Shown here in pieces: positions 12,301 to 32,277 of a stretch of DNA of 64,000 bases; the first letter of the stretch is position 1, and each line of letters opens with the position of its first letter. The translations under genes and the position numbers were made by a program. Source of the stretch: Trichosphaerium sp. ATCC 40318 (taxonomy: Eukaryota > Protista > Tubulinea); assembly GCA_038496445.1 (NCBI GenBank), contig JALMLS010000423.1, forward strand, positions 186,001-250,000, written 5' to 3'. Below the pieces are notes generated by a model that was given only the letters and a program-made list of their open reading frames with translations, was not told where the DNA came from and made no database searches.

Positions 12301-13583
12301 GGTCCAATAATGCCTCATTTTTAGTGCAACAATGAGGCATTTTTGCCCTCAATTTTTGGGCATAACTCAGGCACCATATACTCATAAAACAAGGCTTTAT
12401 ATAGGCATACAATAGTGATTCATTTATTAAAGTACAGTACACAAAACACAAAAAACTTCAATGTCCTCCATGTGAAAAAAAACCTTTAGTTAAAAAAAAA
12501 AATTAACAAATTATTGGTATAATTTTCGCGGACTGGAAAAATGGTTTAAAGTACCTATACTCCTGTTGTAGGTGGATTTGGGTGCTGCGGTTCGAATGGC
12601 GGCGGTTTCGTTAGAATCCATAAAATACTAAGCGCATGGTGACGGCGTCTATATAAAACGTCAGTAGTAAATGAAAAAAAATGTTTAGGAAGTGTTGGTG
12701 TGGTGGAGACTTACCTTAAACCAATGTATCCTTAATGTACAATGTGTACACAACCAATGCCTAATTGGTGCCTATAAATTTAAGGCTGGCAATGCATAAA
12801 AAAACTAGGGCAGGCATTGCCTAAAAAAAACAAGGCATTGCAACAATTAAGGCATTGCCCAAAAAAGCCTTATTTCAATGCCTGATTTTTGCCTTTTCTG
12901 CCATTGCCTTTGCAAAATCAGGCATTGCCATTTTTGCATGCCTGATTTTTGCCATCAATGCCTGATTTTAAAAAAATGCCTTCATATTTAAGGCAAAGCC
13001 TTGTTTAGTTTCAGCCCTGCATGTCAAAAACTTTGAATGATTTTAGATTAGGAGATAACGTTTTAGAAATTAATAATAGATCTAATCTACCTCCTTTTTC
13101 ATGTGTAGGCAGTACTTTGTGGAACTTTACCGCTGCATCAATAAATCCTAATTGTAGTAATAATGCGTATGTTTTAAGTGCCTTTTTATTCTCTAGGCGT
13201 AGATTAAAATCACCTGTGATAATATCGCAATCAGCCACCGCTTGAAAGACTTTAAGCCAAAAATCATTTGAGCTGTTAGATTTAGCATATATGGTTGCTA
13301 TTTTTAATTTAACTCCATTGCATTCTATCTCTGCTACCAGAATTCGACCATCTACAGAATTAAGTAATATCGGTTGTTTACCTCTAACTGCAGTTAATGC
13401 TACTCCAGTGCCTCTCCCTTCATCTGTATGTACTGTTTTACGCCTATGATCTTGAAAGACATTTGTTTCTGTAGCACAAAAAATATTGCACTTGAGATTG
13501 TATGCCAGTTCTCGTACCTTGTCAAAATTACTGAATCCCCTTATATTAGCTGTAGCGAGTTTGATACACTTGTTTTTACTCAT
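9309..13583 (-). pseudogene. LINE ORF2 (APE endonuclease-reverse transcriptase, 1113 aa when reconstituted), interrupted by a TIR element
   Basis: APE motifs ANIRG, ATET, IYA, TGDFN, PTH, RLD (13023-13583), continuing with LDH after the insertion. RT motifs KAPGPDG, NYRPITLTNVDYKIL, QNGFIPGR, DFKKAFD, QGNPISP, FADD (9309-12089). Removing 12091-13023 restores ...FKVFD-M-PIFELDH... in frame. Confidence 0.93.
12091..13019. mobile_element. Non-autonomous TIR DNA element (MITE-like, 929 bp) inserted in LINE ORF2
   Basis: 25-bp TIR CAGGGCTGAAACTAAA(T/C)AAGGCTTT with 24/25 match. Flanked by CATG at 12087-12090 and 13020-13023. Many subterminal AGGCAT/ATGCCT repeats; no transposase ORF. Confidence 0.93.
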
Positions 13584-13586
13584 AAT

Positions 13587-14288
13587 TTACACAGATCCCA
13601 GCCAACGCGAAAACAACAACACCGTACCTGCTAAAGAAGAGACAATCCATGAGGAACGCCAATTGGAAAAAATCTTAACACAAGCAATCACGTAAACTAT
13701 AAACCTGTTTAACACGCAGAAAATGACATTAGACAAAGAGAAAAATTGTGGTATGAACAGGCAATAGGATATAGAAACATTCATGTAAAATGTACACGTG
13801 TAATTACAAGCTGTGGAAAATTCTAAAATTTTGGAGATTTCCCTGGATGCGAAATGCGTTATGATAATAAAACACGAATTCAAATATGTTTTTTGTAGGT
13901 TCTTTTTTGGTTTGAAAAGTATATAGGTATTGTTTATAGAGTCAGAAGCTGGTTGCGTGAAAAAATTAACCACTGTCCCTATCAAAGTTGCAGACATGAT
14001 ATTTATTCTGTAGTAGCACTCGTACATGTATACTACCCCAGTTTGAGGGTAAAATAAATTTGAATATCCAACGTCGTCTGGTATTGTATTGTTCTTTGTA
14101 TTATATCTATGATGTATTATGATGTGTTTACGGCGTTCTAGGATGTGTTGACTATAAATTAATGTGTAGCTTGTAAAATTTAAAGTAGGCATAACCAGCA
14201 CTACCGTTATTCTAACTAGCGTAACATAATAGTTAGAACGTAAAATAGTGAAGAGGTGATGCACTCCCCGCGCAGTTAAGGCGGGCTT
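13587..14288 (-). CDS. LINE ORF1 candidate, hydrophobic, no recognisable domain
   Basis: Frame is open from the element 5' end (first in-frame ATG 14192) to a TAA at 13589-13587, followed by ATT and then the ORF2 ATG in the same frame. Confidence 0.55.
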   Translation of the reverse strand, partial: KPALTARGVHHLFTILRSNYYVTLVRITVVLVMPTLNFTSYTLIYSQHILERRKHIIIHHRYNTKNNTIPDDVGYSNLFYPQTGVVYMYECYYRINIMSATLIGTVVNFFTQPASDSINNTYILFKPKKNLQKTYLNSCFIIITHFASREISKILEFSTACNYTCTFYMNVSISYCLFIPQFFSLSNVIFCVLNRFIVYVIACVKIFSNWRSSWIVSSLAGTVLLFSRWLGSV

Positions 14289-14496
14289 TCACTAACTCAA
14301 TAGTTCCGTAACAGACATGACAGGTACAATTCTCCATTATTGTCAGTAATTTAATTAAAAGATGGAAGTGAGCTATAAGTTGTTCTTGCTTGTCGAATAA
14401 TTATCTGTTCACGTGTACACAAATGGACCATTAAAAAATGTACACATACTCGTTATTTATTCTCTACAAGCAGTACTGTTGTTGCTCTTTGTGACT

Positions 14497-15219
14497 CTAA
14501 ATGAGATTTTCTTTCGCACTGTCATCTATAGACTCATTACTTAGATTGTTAGGCATCAATATAAACACCACTTCAGCAGATATTGTAAAACACAATAAAA
14601 GAATAACAGCACACCATTCAAAAACTGATTCACCACCTGTAATCCATAGAATAACACAAATAGGAACACCAATAGATATAATAGATAAAAATACAATATC
14701 TATTGCAAGAGATATCTTCCGAAGTTTGCTGAGATCATTGAAAGACTTCCAAAGAATAAAAGATACAAGAAAGACATTCAAACTACAATACAAGGCAAGT
14801 ATACCAAGTCCTATGATAGCAGCTGGGAAGTGTACTCTCTGGCCGTCTGTACCATCTGTCCAACCCATTACAATCAAAGGTAAGGTGTGACAAAGTCCAA
14901 CGACTAAGACGATTGCATTGAATTTAGAGCGTGTTTTGAGGTATGCGTTAAAGAGAGCATAGCGAAAGTACATCAATGGTACCATAAATAAAGGAAGAAT
15001 CGTGAATCCAATCGCAAAAAGGTAGTGTTCTGGTGTATCTATACCATATGAGCTTATATCATTACTTAGAACAGAGCCATTAAGTTTTTCGCCTCTAACC
15101 GTGTTTCCTCTGTTCTTTACGATAGATATACATATAGACATCGTTATAATGAACGTTAACAGTGGTAAGGTTGCTAGGGCTACTATAACCCATTTTAGTA
15201 TCACTCCTCTTCCTATCAT
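14497..15219 (-). CDS. Frag1/DRAM/Sfk1 (TMEM150-like) multi-pass membrane protein, intronless
   Basis: About six hydrophobic segments with family motifs ISSYG...PEHYLF, VHFPAA and FEW. Likely start MIGRGVILKW. Confidence 0.8.
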   Translation of the reverse strand: MIGRGVILKWVIVALATLPLLTFIITMSICISIVKNRGNTVRGEKLNGSVLSNDISSYGIDTPEHYLFAIGFTILPLFMVPLMYFRYALFNAYLKTRSKFNAIVLVVGLCHTLPLIVMGWTDGTDGQRVHFPAAIIGLGILALYCSLNVFLVSFILWKSFNDLSKLRKISLAIDIVFLSIISIGVPICVILWITGGESVFEWCAVILLLCFTISAEVVFILMPNNLSNESIDDSAKENLI

Positions 15220-15801
15220 TGTTGTTCTATCGGTGAGAATAGTTCTAACACAAAGTCCACCTCGGTCAAATAAATGTGCTACACTAGTTGAGATAGCGAA
15301 AGAGGAGTTGATTTTAGACGTTAATAGCTTACACCAATATACGGTCAAGACCACAACAAACAATATGTTGTTGTTTCCATATCTTTGAGACGATTCTGGA
15401 AAATACAGGTTCCGTCCAAATTCTTCGCTTTTTTCCCACCACAGAAACGCCTTGCTTTATTTCCCTTATAAAAAGAGTGTTTGCAAGAGGGAAAAACGTG
15501 AACAATTTGAACTGTATCTATGATACGAACAGTGCTCTGTATTAGCTTGCATTCGCTGTCCCATAAGCGAATAGTGTTAAACCAAACTGGGAATACAAAG
15601 AATCCACTTGAGTGGATTTTGGTATATATTTTGTGGAAATGTGTCGTCTGCACATAAATCAAATCGTAGAAAGTGTACTAAAAAAGTTTCGCCACTTAAA
15701 CAAGTATTGTGTGCTTAAAACAACGGAGCTCGGCGTAATCTTACTAAACTGACATCAGCTGTACCAAAGTCATCGTACCTAAATACTGGACAAAAATTGT
15801 G

Positions 15802-18800
15802 ATGGCGCGTCGTAGAAGAAGCTCAAGCGCAGGTAAACGACTCCTTCAAAGGGTACGGTTATTATCCACGTGATTTTATACGTATTTTGTTAGTTTAACT
15901 CTGTAGAAGTTCCTTATCGTTTTTTCAGCTTAATAAACGTTGTGGCAAGAAGACTAAACATAACGGAAATTTACTAAGGTAAATATGATCACGTGACCAA
16001 AAGTACTTTATGCAAATGTGTCGTTACTCATTTTTTGACAGTTTCGACCTTAACGATGTTATACCTCATTATGTTGTTTCCAAACTGAATAAAAGAGATT
16101 CTCTTGTATTTGCAGCTGAGGGATGGCTGGCAGCAAGCTACTTAAATACTGGGTAACGCATATACTTTGAAACTTTTTTATCTCGAAAAAAAATATTGAA
16201 ATCACTTGTTCCTACCTTCCAACGCCTTGTAACCTTTGATTTATAAAAAGCCCAACAAACCGTCTCTTTCATATCATGAGCAAACACTGTAAGTGTTGTT
16301 TTGTTTACAAGATTTTTATTTAGAGACATAGTGGTCGCACACGGACAGCTACAAAAACAAGTCCATTTGAAGAATTCAAACCGGTTGCGTATACTCAAAT
16401 CTGAGGGACATAATATTATAAGCATGCACGATGTAGATAATAAGAAAGATGATGGTAACAGTAAAGATGATATATACGAAATCCAAATCTATTGTATATC
16501 ATCTGATAAGAAATACACATACCAAGAAAATTTCAAAGGAAACGATTACTTTCAAGGTCTATTTACGGAGACTGACGTAAGAATTTTTTTGAGTCTTATC
16601 GTTTATTCTTATGTAATAATATCGTTTATTATAAAGGGAGTATGTCTTATTGGTTCTAAGACAATGACACATCTTGATTTTGAAGGAAATGTTATTCTTC
16701 GTTTTCAACCTGATAAACCTTTGTTTAAAAGCAAGATTTTGTCTCATTTGTCTTCTATGATTGGTGGTCAGGTTTTAGTAACTTATACTGATGCAATGAA
16801 TGTTATTGAATCGTACTGTTCAAGTACACTCAAGGTCAAATTCAGGTTGAATGAAAAAAGAATGATAAAAAATGAACCTTTTCTTCGAAGTTTTCTTCTC
16901 TTCCTCTAACTTCCTACAAGAGCTGAAACTGAAAATATGGACGAAGGATGGGTCACTATCAAACAGAATAACGATATTATTGTTGGAACAACTGTAGAGA
17001 GGATTTTTTGTTGGAACAAGAACGTAGGATACATTTGTAATGTGTGCAACATTCTAACTTTTTTCTCGAAGACACATGAACTCATTTTCTCAAAAGAAAC
17101 TCCAAGTTCGCTATCTAGTATACACATACTAAAGAATTTGGTAATAGCTGGTGATTTAGAAGGGAATATTAAAGTATTTGGATTGAGTACGGAAGATAAC
17201 GTCTTTGTTAAAAATCACGTGATTTTCGCTTGAATAACACTTTTTTTTTCGATCAGATACAACTGATGCTTATACTATTTACACTGATGCAAATAATTCT
17301 ACTTCTTCGCCAAGTACAAGACGGAAGAATTTGATAGAGCAATTAAATACACGTGTTTCAAGTATAGACTTGATAGAAAACTTTGTTTTCATCGGAAAGA
17401 GAAATGGGCTTGCAGTATTCAACCTTTTTGTAAAGGTTTGCGCTATTTTTAGGGTTCAATCTTTGATAACGTTCTGCTCTTACAGGAATCAGAACGATTG
17501 GATATGGTTCAAACTAAGTCAAGAGTACTCAGGACACATGTAGGCGAAGGATATATTTATTTTATTACAGAAGAGACGAAGGAAAACAGTTCCCAACTCT
17601 ATGTTTGGTATGTCACATCTTTCAAAACTGACCAACAAACCTCATCCTCATCCAACGTGTTTCTTCCTCCTTTATGCCAATTACTAGCACAAATTCCTGA
17701 ACTATTGTCAGTGTGCATGTTATCGTGGCTGTTATTCTAAAAATAATCACTGACAGTCCTTGATAACCAGTCTTTTAGGAGACCAAATAGAAATCAATGG
17801 AAAACTTCCCAATTAGTTGGCTCTGATACTTTATACACAATGACTACTATCAAGCCGTTTATAAATGGTGTTGTATGCGCTTTAACGCCAGATAGTTCTC
17901 AGGATGTGTATCATAGTTTATCTCTGGTTGTAGCTTCACATCATGGCTCCGACATGATTAGCCTACTATTGGAATACGCTCTTGACAAAGAACTCAATGT
18001 CGACATTAAGAAACGTGCTAAGAAGCTTAATTTCATAATGGAGGAATACTATAGGTACCAATGGTAGCAGGAAATTGACTTTAAGGCCCCTTAAAGGTTA
18101 AATACTGCTACTTGTACTAGAAGTACAATTGTATTAATGAGTAAATAGCCAAGAGAGTTCAGAAGAGTTTTATTACTTTCTTCCTGAGAATTCTACAGCA
18201 TCAATGGTATATACGTCTGTATTCAATCTATATCTAGAAGGACTCGCTATGAGAATACAAAAAGTGTTAGGTACCTGCAAGAAAACAAACTACGAACCAG
18301 TCCTTTCAGTTGGGTCTTATTTTTGTTCCACTACTAACCACTTTGTAAGAACGTCTTGTCAAAAAAGGAACAGATGATGTCCTGGAATGGCTTGATGAGA
18401 TAGTGAGAGAATTTACCAATATCCTTGATTCTATTCCATGCGTTGTTATTCGAGCTATAAAGGATATTGTTTCAAAAGGAATGAACAAATATAAATCTAA
18501 AGGGGCAACTGAAGATATCTTCATTAAAGCCTCAACAGCCCTTCTTGTACATAGAGGATTATGTACATTCTTACGAGAACCACTGGATTGTTTGAAATGC
18601 GCTAATATCAAAGCTAGCAAGGCTTCACCACGTACGACTACTTTCGTCCTTAAGTATCTCTTCGTCATTCAATGAACTAAAACCTGTTCTTCATTTTAGT
18701 TACGTTCAATGTCAAAGCTTCTAGAAATGTGTCTACTGTATGTTCAGCTATGAGGGTATTATCCGGAGAGATTGATAGCGCTGAATTTATTGATGAACAA

Positions 18801-20254
18801 GTAGAATGTTATATAGAACGTCACAAGGGTCATGTTAAACAAAAAATAGAAGAGTTATTCAAAAGAACACCTCTAGATGATAAGCCTATAAAAGTAAAGA
18901 AAAAACAACTCAACCAAGCACTCCAAACAATTGGTAATTTCGTACTACATTCAAAGCACGTGTTTTTTACATACAACTACCAAAAAAGGAAATTCAGAAA
19001 AAAAATCACCGCGTACTTATTTGGTCTTATAGGGATAAGATCACCGCTAATTTTCCTGACGATGACGTACTTTTACAAAGTGCACTCAAGTTGTTTATTG
19101 CAGTAAATTTGAAAGCATTACATGGATATGACGACTTGCTTGATGAAAAGTCTCTAAAGACCTCATCCTCTTCCCCTACAAAATCAATGGGTGAAAAATG
19201 GTTCTATGATGATGGTATTGTAGGTGTAGAAGGAGGAGAACTAACACGGTAAGTCCAAATAAAAGAGAAACACGTTATACAAAAAAGAAAAAAAAAAGAA
19301 AATAATCGGTAAGACTTAACCATATTTTGTTCTTAAGGAGCTTAACAAAACAGCCAAGTACCTTTGAATTGCAACGTACTACTACTTCAAATATTTCAGA
19401 GAAGAAATGGCTTGATAAGGAGATGACTTCTAGGTCATTTACAATTGTTTTATTCTTTAAAGGATGTTGGTGTGCTTTTGATAGATACTATTTGAGATCA
19501 TGGCGTAGTTATGTTAGAGAGGTAACTAACTGATTTCTGACATGGCCTACATTCATATCAACAACAAGGCAGTGACATTAACCAAACAACTTTTGAAACC
19601 AGCACCGACTACTTTTTTAGTGTTGATTCTTTTGGTTAACAAAAATCATCATTATTTTGCTTTTCTTCCATCTTTTTGTATTTTTGATATGATTATATCG
19701 TAGATAATGTTCAAAAATGGAGGTCTTGTTGGTATAAGTTCACAAACAACAGCAAAGATGATAAAGGCAAGTACAATTTATAAAAATCAGCAGAACTTCC
19801 TTCACAAACAACTTTGCTCACTTTCTTTTCTTTCACAATCTATATCAACACTCCAGCTAACTACCTCATTAGACAAGAGAGAAATGGCGCTTGAACTTCC
19901 CTTTGATAGGAGATACAAATGGAGAAATAAGCAGTGGATATTCACTTCAAAAAGATACACGTGGGTTGAACCCAGAAGGAACAAAAAATGTTATTCTACC
20001 AGGTGTTTATGTTATTGGTTCTGATGGAACCCCATGGTATACTTGGAGTAGCATGCCTTGTAATCAAAACCTTATTGGTACAACGTAAGACACCAAAAGA
20101 AAAAAAACTCTAAACACGTGTTTTGACTATGTTTTTTAGGGATAGACCAAAACCTAAACATGTCATGGCTATAATCAACTCAATACTTGGTTTAACACAT
20201 CAATCATGTTCTAAAGACAGTCCTAGTTTGTATTTAACAAATAAAGGCTCTTAA
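15802..20254 (+). CDS. Multi-exon fusion: WD40-like propeller + RasGAP-like domain + C-terminal AhpC/TSA (redoxin) domain
   Basis: Propeller-like segments (LVIAGDLEGNIKVFGL, VSSIDLIENFVFIG). GAP-like segments FLPENSTASMV and LLVHRGLCTFLREP..SMSKLL. Thioredoxin fold IVLFFKGCWCAFD..LVGISSQ..FPLIGD..PGVYVI..TDRP. The GAP-to-redoxin junction stays in frame (LQTI/V-NLKALHG). Confidence 0.65.
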
Positions 20255-20641
20255 GCATCACAGCTAGTTCTGTATATTGATTCCAGTCATCCTGTAGTGT
20301 AGGAACGTGCTGGTGGGGCAGAAGCTAGCGTTAAAATGTGCATACTAAAAGTGTTCTAGAGTTAAAAAAAGTATATTCTTTACACGGCAATTAAACAAAA
20401 CTTAATGGTTCCGAACGTAAACGTGCTGACTCACTACATTTGTTTCAAATGTTTTGTAACCTATCCCTGTTACTGACCGTATAGAACTCACTTAAAGCTA
20501 ACTAATACTTTTGGCAACAACTTTTTTTTTATTATTTTACGAGTTTTTTTTTTGCCATCACTGGAATTCTTTCTCACGAGATACAAGGAGTTGGCCAACT
20601 CCTTTCTCTTTCTTACTTACTTTCGTTCTTTTATCAACTTC

Positions 20642-29296
<8,655 letters not shown>

Positions 29297-29716
29297 GCTT
29301 ATATGGTTTAAGGGAAAGAATGGCCTTGTTCCTTCTCTTTGCCAACTCGCAGCTCTTGAAAAAAGTGAAATAGTTGACTTCGAACGACTAAGCTACGGGC
29401 AAGCCAAGACTATACTAGAGAGGCTACTTGAACTCGTTAAGATACTGTCAGCATTCTGAATGAACGCTATTAATTATTTCTTGTTAATTCGCACCAAAAC
29501 AGCCTAATTAATAGACACTAAGCGTAAAATAGCGGCTGTAACACTGTTGATCAAGAAACTATTTTAGCTACAAAAACTATGAAATGACGGTTACTCCACG
29601 GGCGTTATAACTTCAAAAACGTAAGCAACATCCTTAGGCCTGTACCTACTTAGGTTTTACAATCTCCAAACAAGTGACAGTTTACGATTAATTTTATGTA
29701 CACATTTTTAGTCTTG

Positions 29717-30836
29717 TTACAGCCGTGCTGCCCATGTGACAGCCTTCAGAAGGGATATGAAATCAGAAGAATATAGCTGTACAACTTCTCGTTTCCCGTT
29801 ACACTCCCAAGTCCAAATAACTTGAGGTTCAGTTTTTATGTGTCTTCGGATTCGATTTCCTATATCATTCCATGCACCAACTTCTTCTGGACGAACTCTA
29901 AACTGCCATTGCATATCTCCTCGTCTATGATCTAGCATGTGCACCCATCTTGCCATTGCTTTGTAAGTGCTATACACGTTTTTTGGCTTCTTAGTCTTTT
30001 GCACTGTGAATATAGTGAACGCCAACAAGAACATTGTACTGTTTCTATTTGACAACAATTAATTCAATCCGAAAAACATTGGCAACGTACTCCACCATGT
30101 AAACTATTCCTTGGTCATCTGTATGTTCACGCACTCCTAACTCCAATATTGTGGCCATACGTAAAGCATACAAAACAGGTCGTGAGCTTTTGCCAAACCA
30201 TACACAATCCTCATCGCTATGTGCTAAAAGGAAGAATATTGGGCTCTAGGAAATGTCATCGATGTCTTCTTCATAAATATAACGTACACGCTTTTCACAC
30301 TCTTTAGATTTAGCTATGACTTGTATTCTAGATGTGTGATATAGTCGTTGGCCCTTAGAGCACTTGACAATGCCCGAATCAAATATAAGAGAAGACGTGT
30401 GCCTAAATTAACCGTAAGTAAATATAAATTCTGTACCAAACTTACGTTTGAGCATCAGAATATGCAGGAGTGCTTTGTAGGTGTAGCATTGTGTAGGTAC
30501 TCTCTAGTGTTTTATGATAAATACTGTTTGTAACTCCACAAGGAGGTATTGTAGAATTGTAGTCGCGTGTTGTGGGCTCCATCTGCCTTCCTCAAAGTGG
30601 CTTCAGATAACGCACTTTGGCCTAGAGTTTGATTACTCTAGATGTTCCAGGCGAATACAATTTTGTCAGTGTTTAAGCTATTAATACAAATGGCGCTCTT
30701 GGAGAAGCTACTAGACGAGGTTTAAAGAATCACACTATGTTACAAGGAAGCATTGCCATCAATTTACACAGTATGTGGTTTTTGTTCTCGTAAGGAGTGT
30801 TGATAAACCCAATGCAGTGAATTGCACTCGACCATT
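29717..30836 (-). CDS. Hypothetical multi-exon protein (5' structure uncertain)
   Basis: Three exons join in frame via GT-AG (..KSKECEKR/SPIFFLLAH..VCFT/NSTMFLLAF..WAARL*). No family recognised. Confidence 0.45.
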
Positions 30837-31006
30837 TCACATAATAGTAATTATTCCAAAAATGAGTGCAAGAAACACTGTAGTGGTTATAATTTTATTT
30901 TCTATTATGCAAAAATATGCAACTAAATTGTAGATACAGCTGCTGTTACATGATGTGGGTTGGATAAAAAAAAACATGCGTGTTTTTTTTTCTTTCTCAG
31001 TTTTTT

Positions 31007-32136
31007 TTATAAATGTACATCTCTCTTACGACCCTTATCACGTGATACATCTTGCATAGAATCTTGTTGCGAGATAAGTCTAAAAAGAAGAATAAATATA
31101 AACCATTAATTACATTGCGCAGAATAGAAGGCAAAAACGCGTAGAGTACCTCAACACTGCTTTTTTGCTTGTCTCTTGTAATTCTCCAGCCTATCAGGTA
31201 CATTAGTTTTAAAAATTGCATTCCTATTGACGTGCCATTATAACTTCGTCTAAAATAAAGTAGGCTTGATGAAAGTTAAATATGAGATCAAGTTCGCATA
31301 CCTAGTAGCTAAATTAGATACCCTGTTCAAGATAACATCCCATAATTGCAAGAAATTTGAACCAAAAAAAAAACTATGATCAACGTACATTTCCGAAATA
31401 TTTGTCCAAAACCTCAACGTAGTGGTGAATGGTTTCGAGAGTGATGAGTTCGTTGTCTTCGTTATCAATACACATAATAAAATACAAACTGGCGTATCTA
31501 CCAACAGAAATAAATACAAAGCGTTTCAACGTCAGAACAAAAAGAAAAACAAAAAAGCTCATAGAACTACGCCTGGCGTAGCGTAATCAGTGGGTGGCAG
31601 TTATTTGTTACTTGTCTTTTCAAATAAATTGCTACGAAGCGGAGATATCCTCAACGTGTCAAAACTACGCGAGCTATCGCGTTGGCACTACTGTACGCCT
31701 GATATGTAATTATTGCTTGATTGCATACCTTCGGTATACAAGTTTGTATTTCTTCCACTCTAGAAAGTTGCATAGGCGCGCAGGCCTGTTTAGGACCAAA
31801 TTTACAGTTTCTCTGAGGATCTTTGCGCGTTCTTTTTGTGTGAAGGGTTGGTACCACTTGGTGAGACGTGTTTTACCCTAAATATGAACAGTTAGTAAAC
31901 TAACACGTCTAGTTGTAACGAGATACCTGGCGACTAACTAAAAGAACGAAGCGTATCTATAAAGTGTCAGTGAGAATGTAACAGCAAAAAGTAAGCTAAT
32001 TCAACCGATCGGTGTGTTGAACTGAAGATCTCGGTTAAAAGCTTGTGGTGCCTTACGAACAACAAACAAGCAATTACTTGCTTGGTGTGGCAATAACCTG
32101 CGTGCTCAACAATGCTGTAAAAAATAGACGCACCAT
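31007..32136 (-). CDS. AP1S1: AP-1 adaptor complex small (sigma) subunit
   Basis: [94 protein letters not shown]. The first coding exon is ATG only. Confidence 0.93.
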
Positions 32137-32277
32137 TTGTTTTATGCTTGGCCTAGAAAGTGTCAACGGCTGTTGGTGTTTGATCAAACTAAACGTTGAC
32201 TTCCAAAGTCTGACACCAAAAAAAAATCCTAGTGAAACAGCTCTAAATTTTCTTATTCACAGAGACGGCAAGACGCA
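32137..32277. promoter_or_regulatory. Putative bidirectional promoter between AP1S1 and FIP1
   Basis: Divergent start codons only 141 bp apart. Confidence 0.5.

Larger units (their letters stand above)
8965..14290 (-). mobile_element. Non-LTR retrotransposon (APE endonuclease + RT, L1/Tx1-like)
   Basis: Exact 17-bp direct repeat ACTAACTCAATAGTTCC at 8948-8964 and 14291-14307. T10 at 8965-8974 is the poly(A) tail on the minus strand. Intronless ORFs with APE and RT motifs. Confidence 0.95.

Noticed and set aside
12726-12734. GTATCCTTA in the TIR element as a U12 donor
   Set aside because: It lies antisense to the LINE with no host exon or identifiable branch site.
12091-13019. Insertion as an intron/introner (insert plus TSD = 933 nt, a multiple of 3)
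   Set aside because: No acceptable donor at the minus-strand boundary, and an in-frame TGA follows immediately. Frame preservation has a 1-in-3 chance.
14230-14295. HDV-like or hammerhead ribozyme at the LINE 5' end
   Set aside because: Only simple stems (CCCGC/GCGGG, TAGTGAA/TTCACTA) are visible; no catalytic core or nested pseudoknot could be identified by eye.
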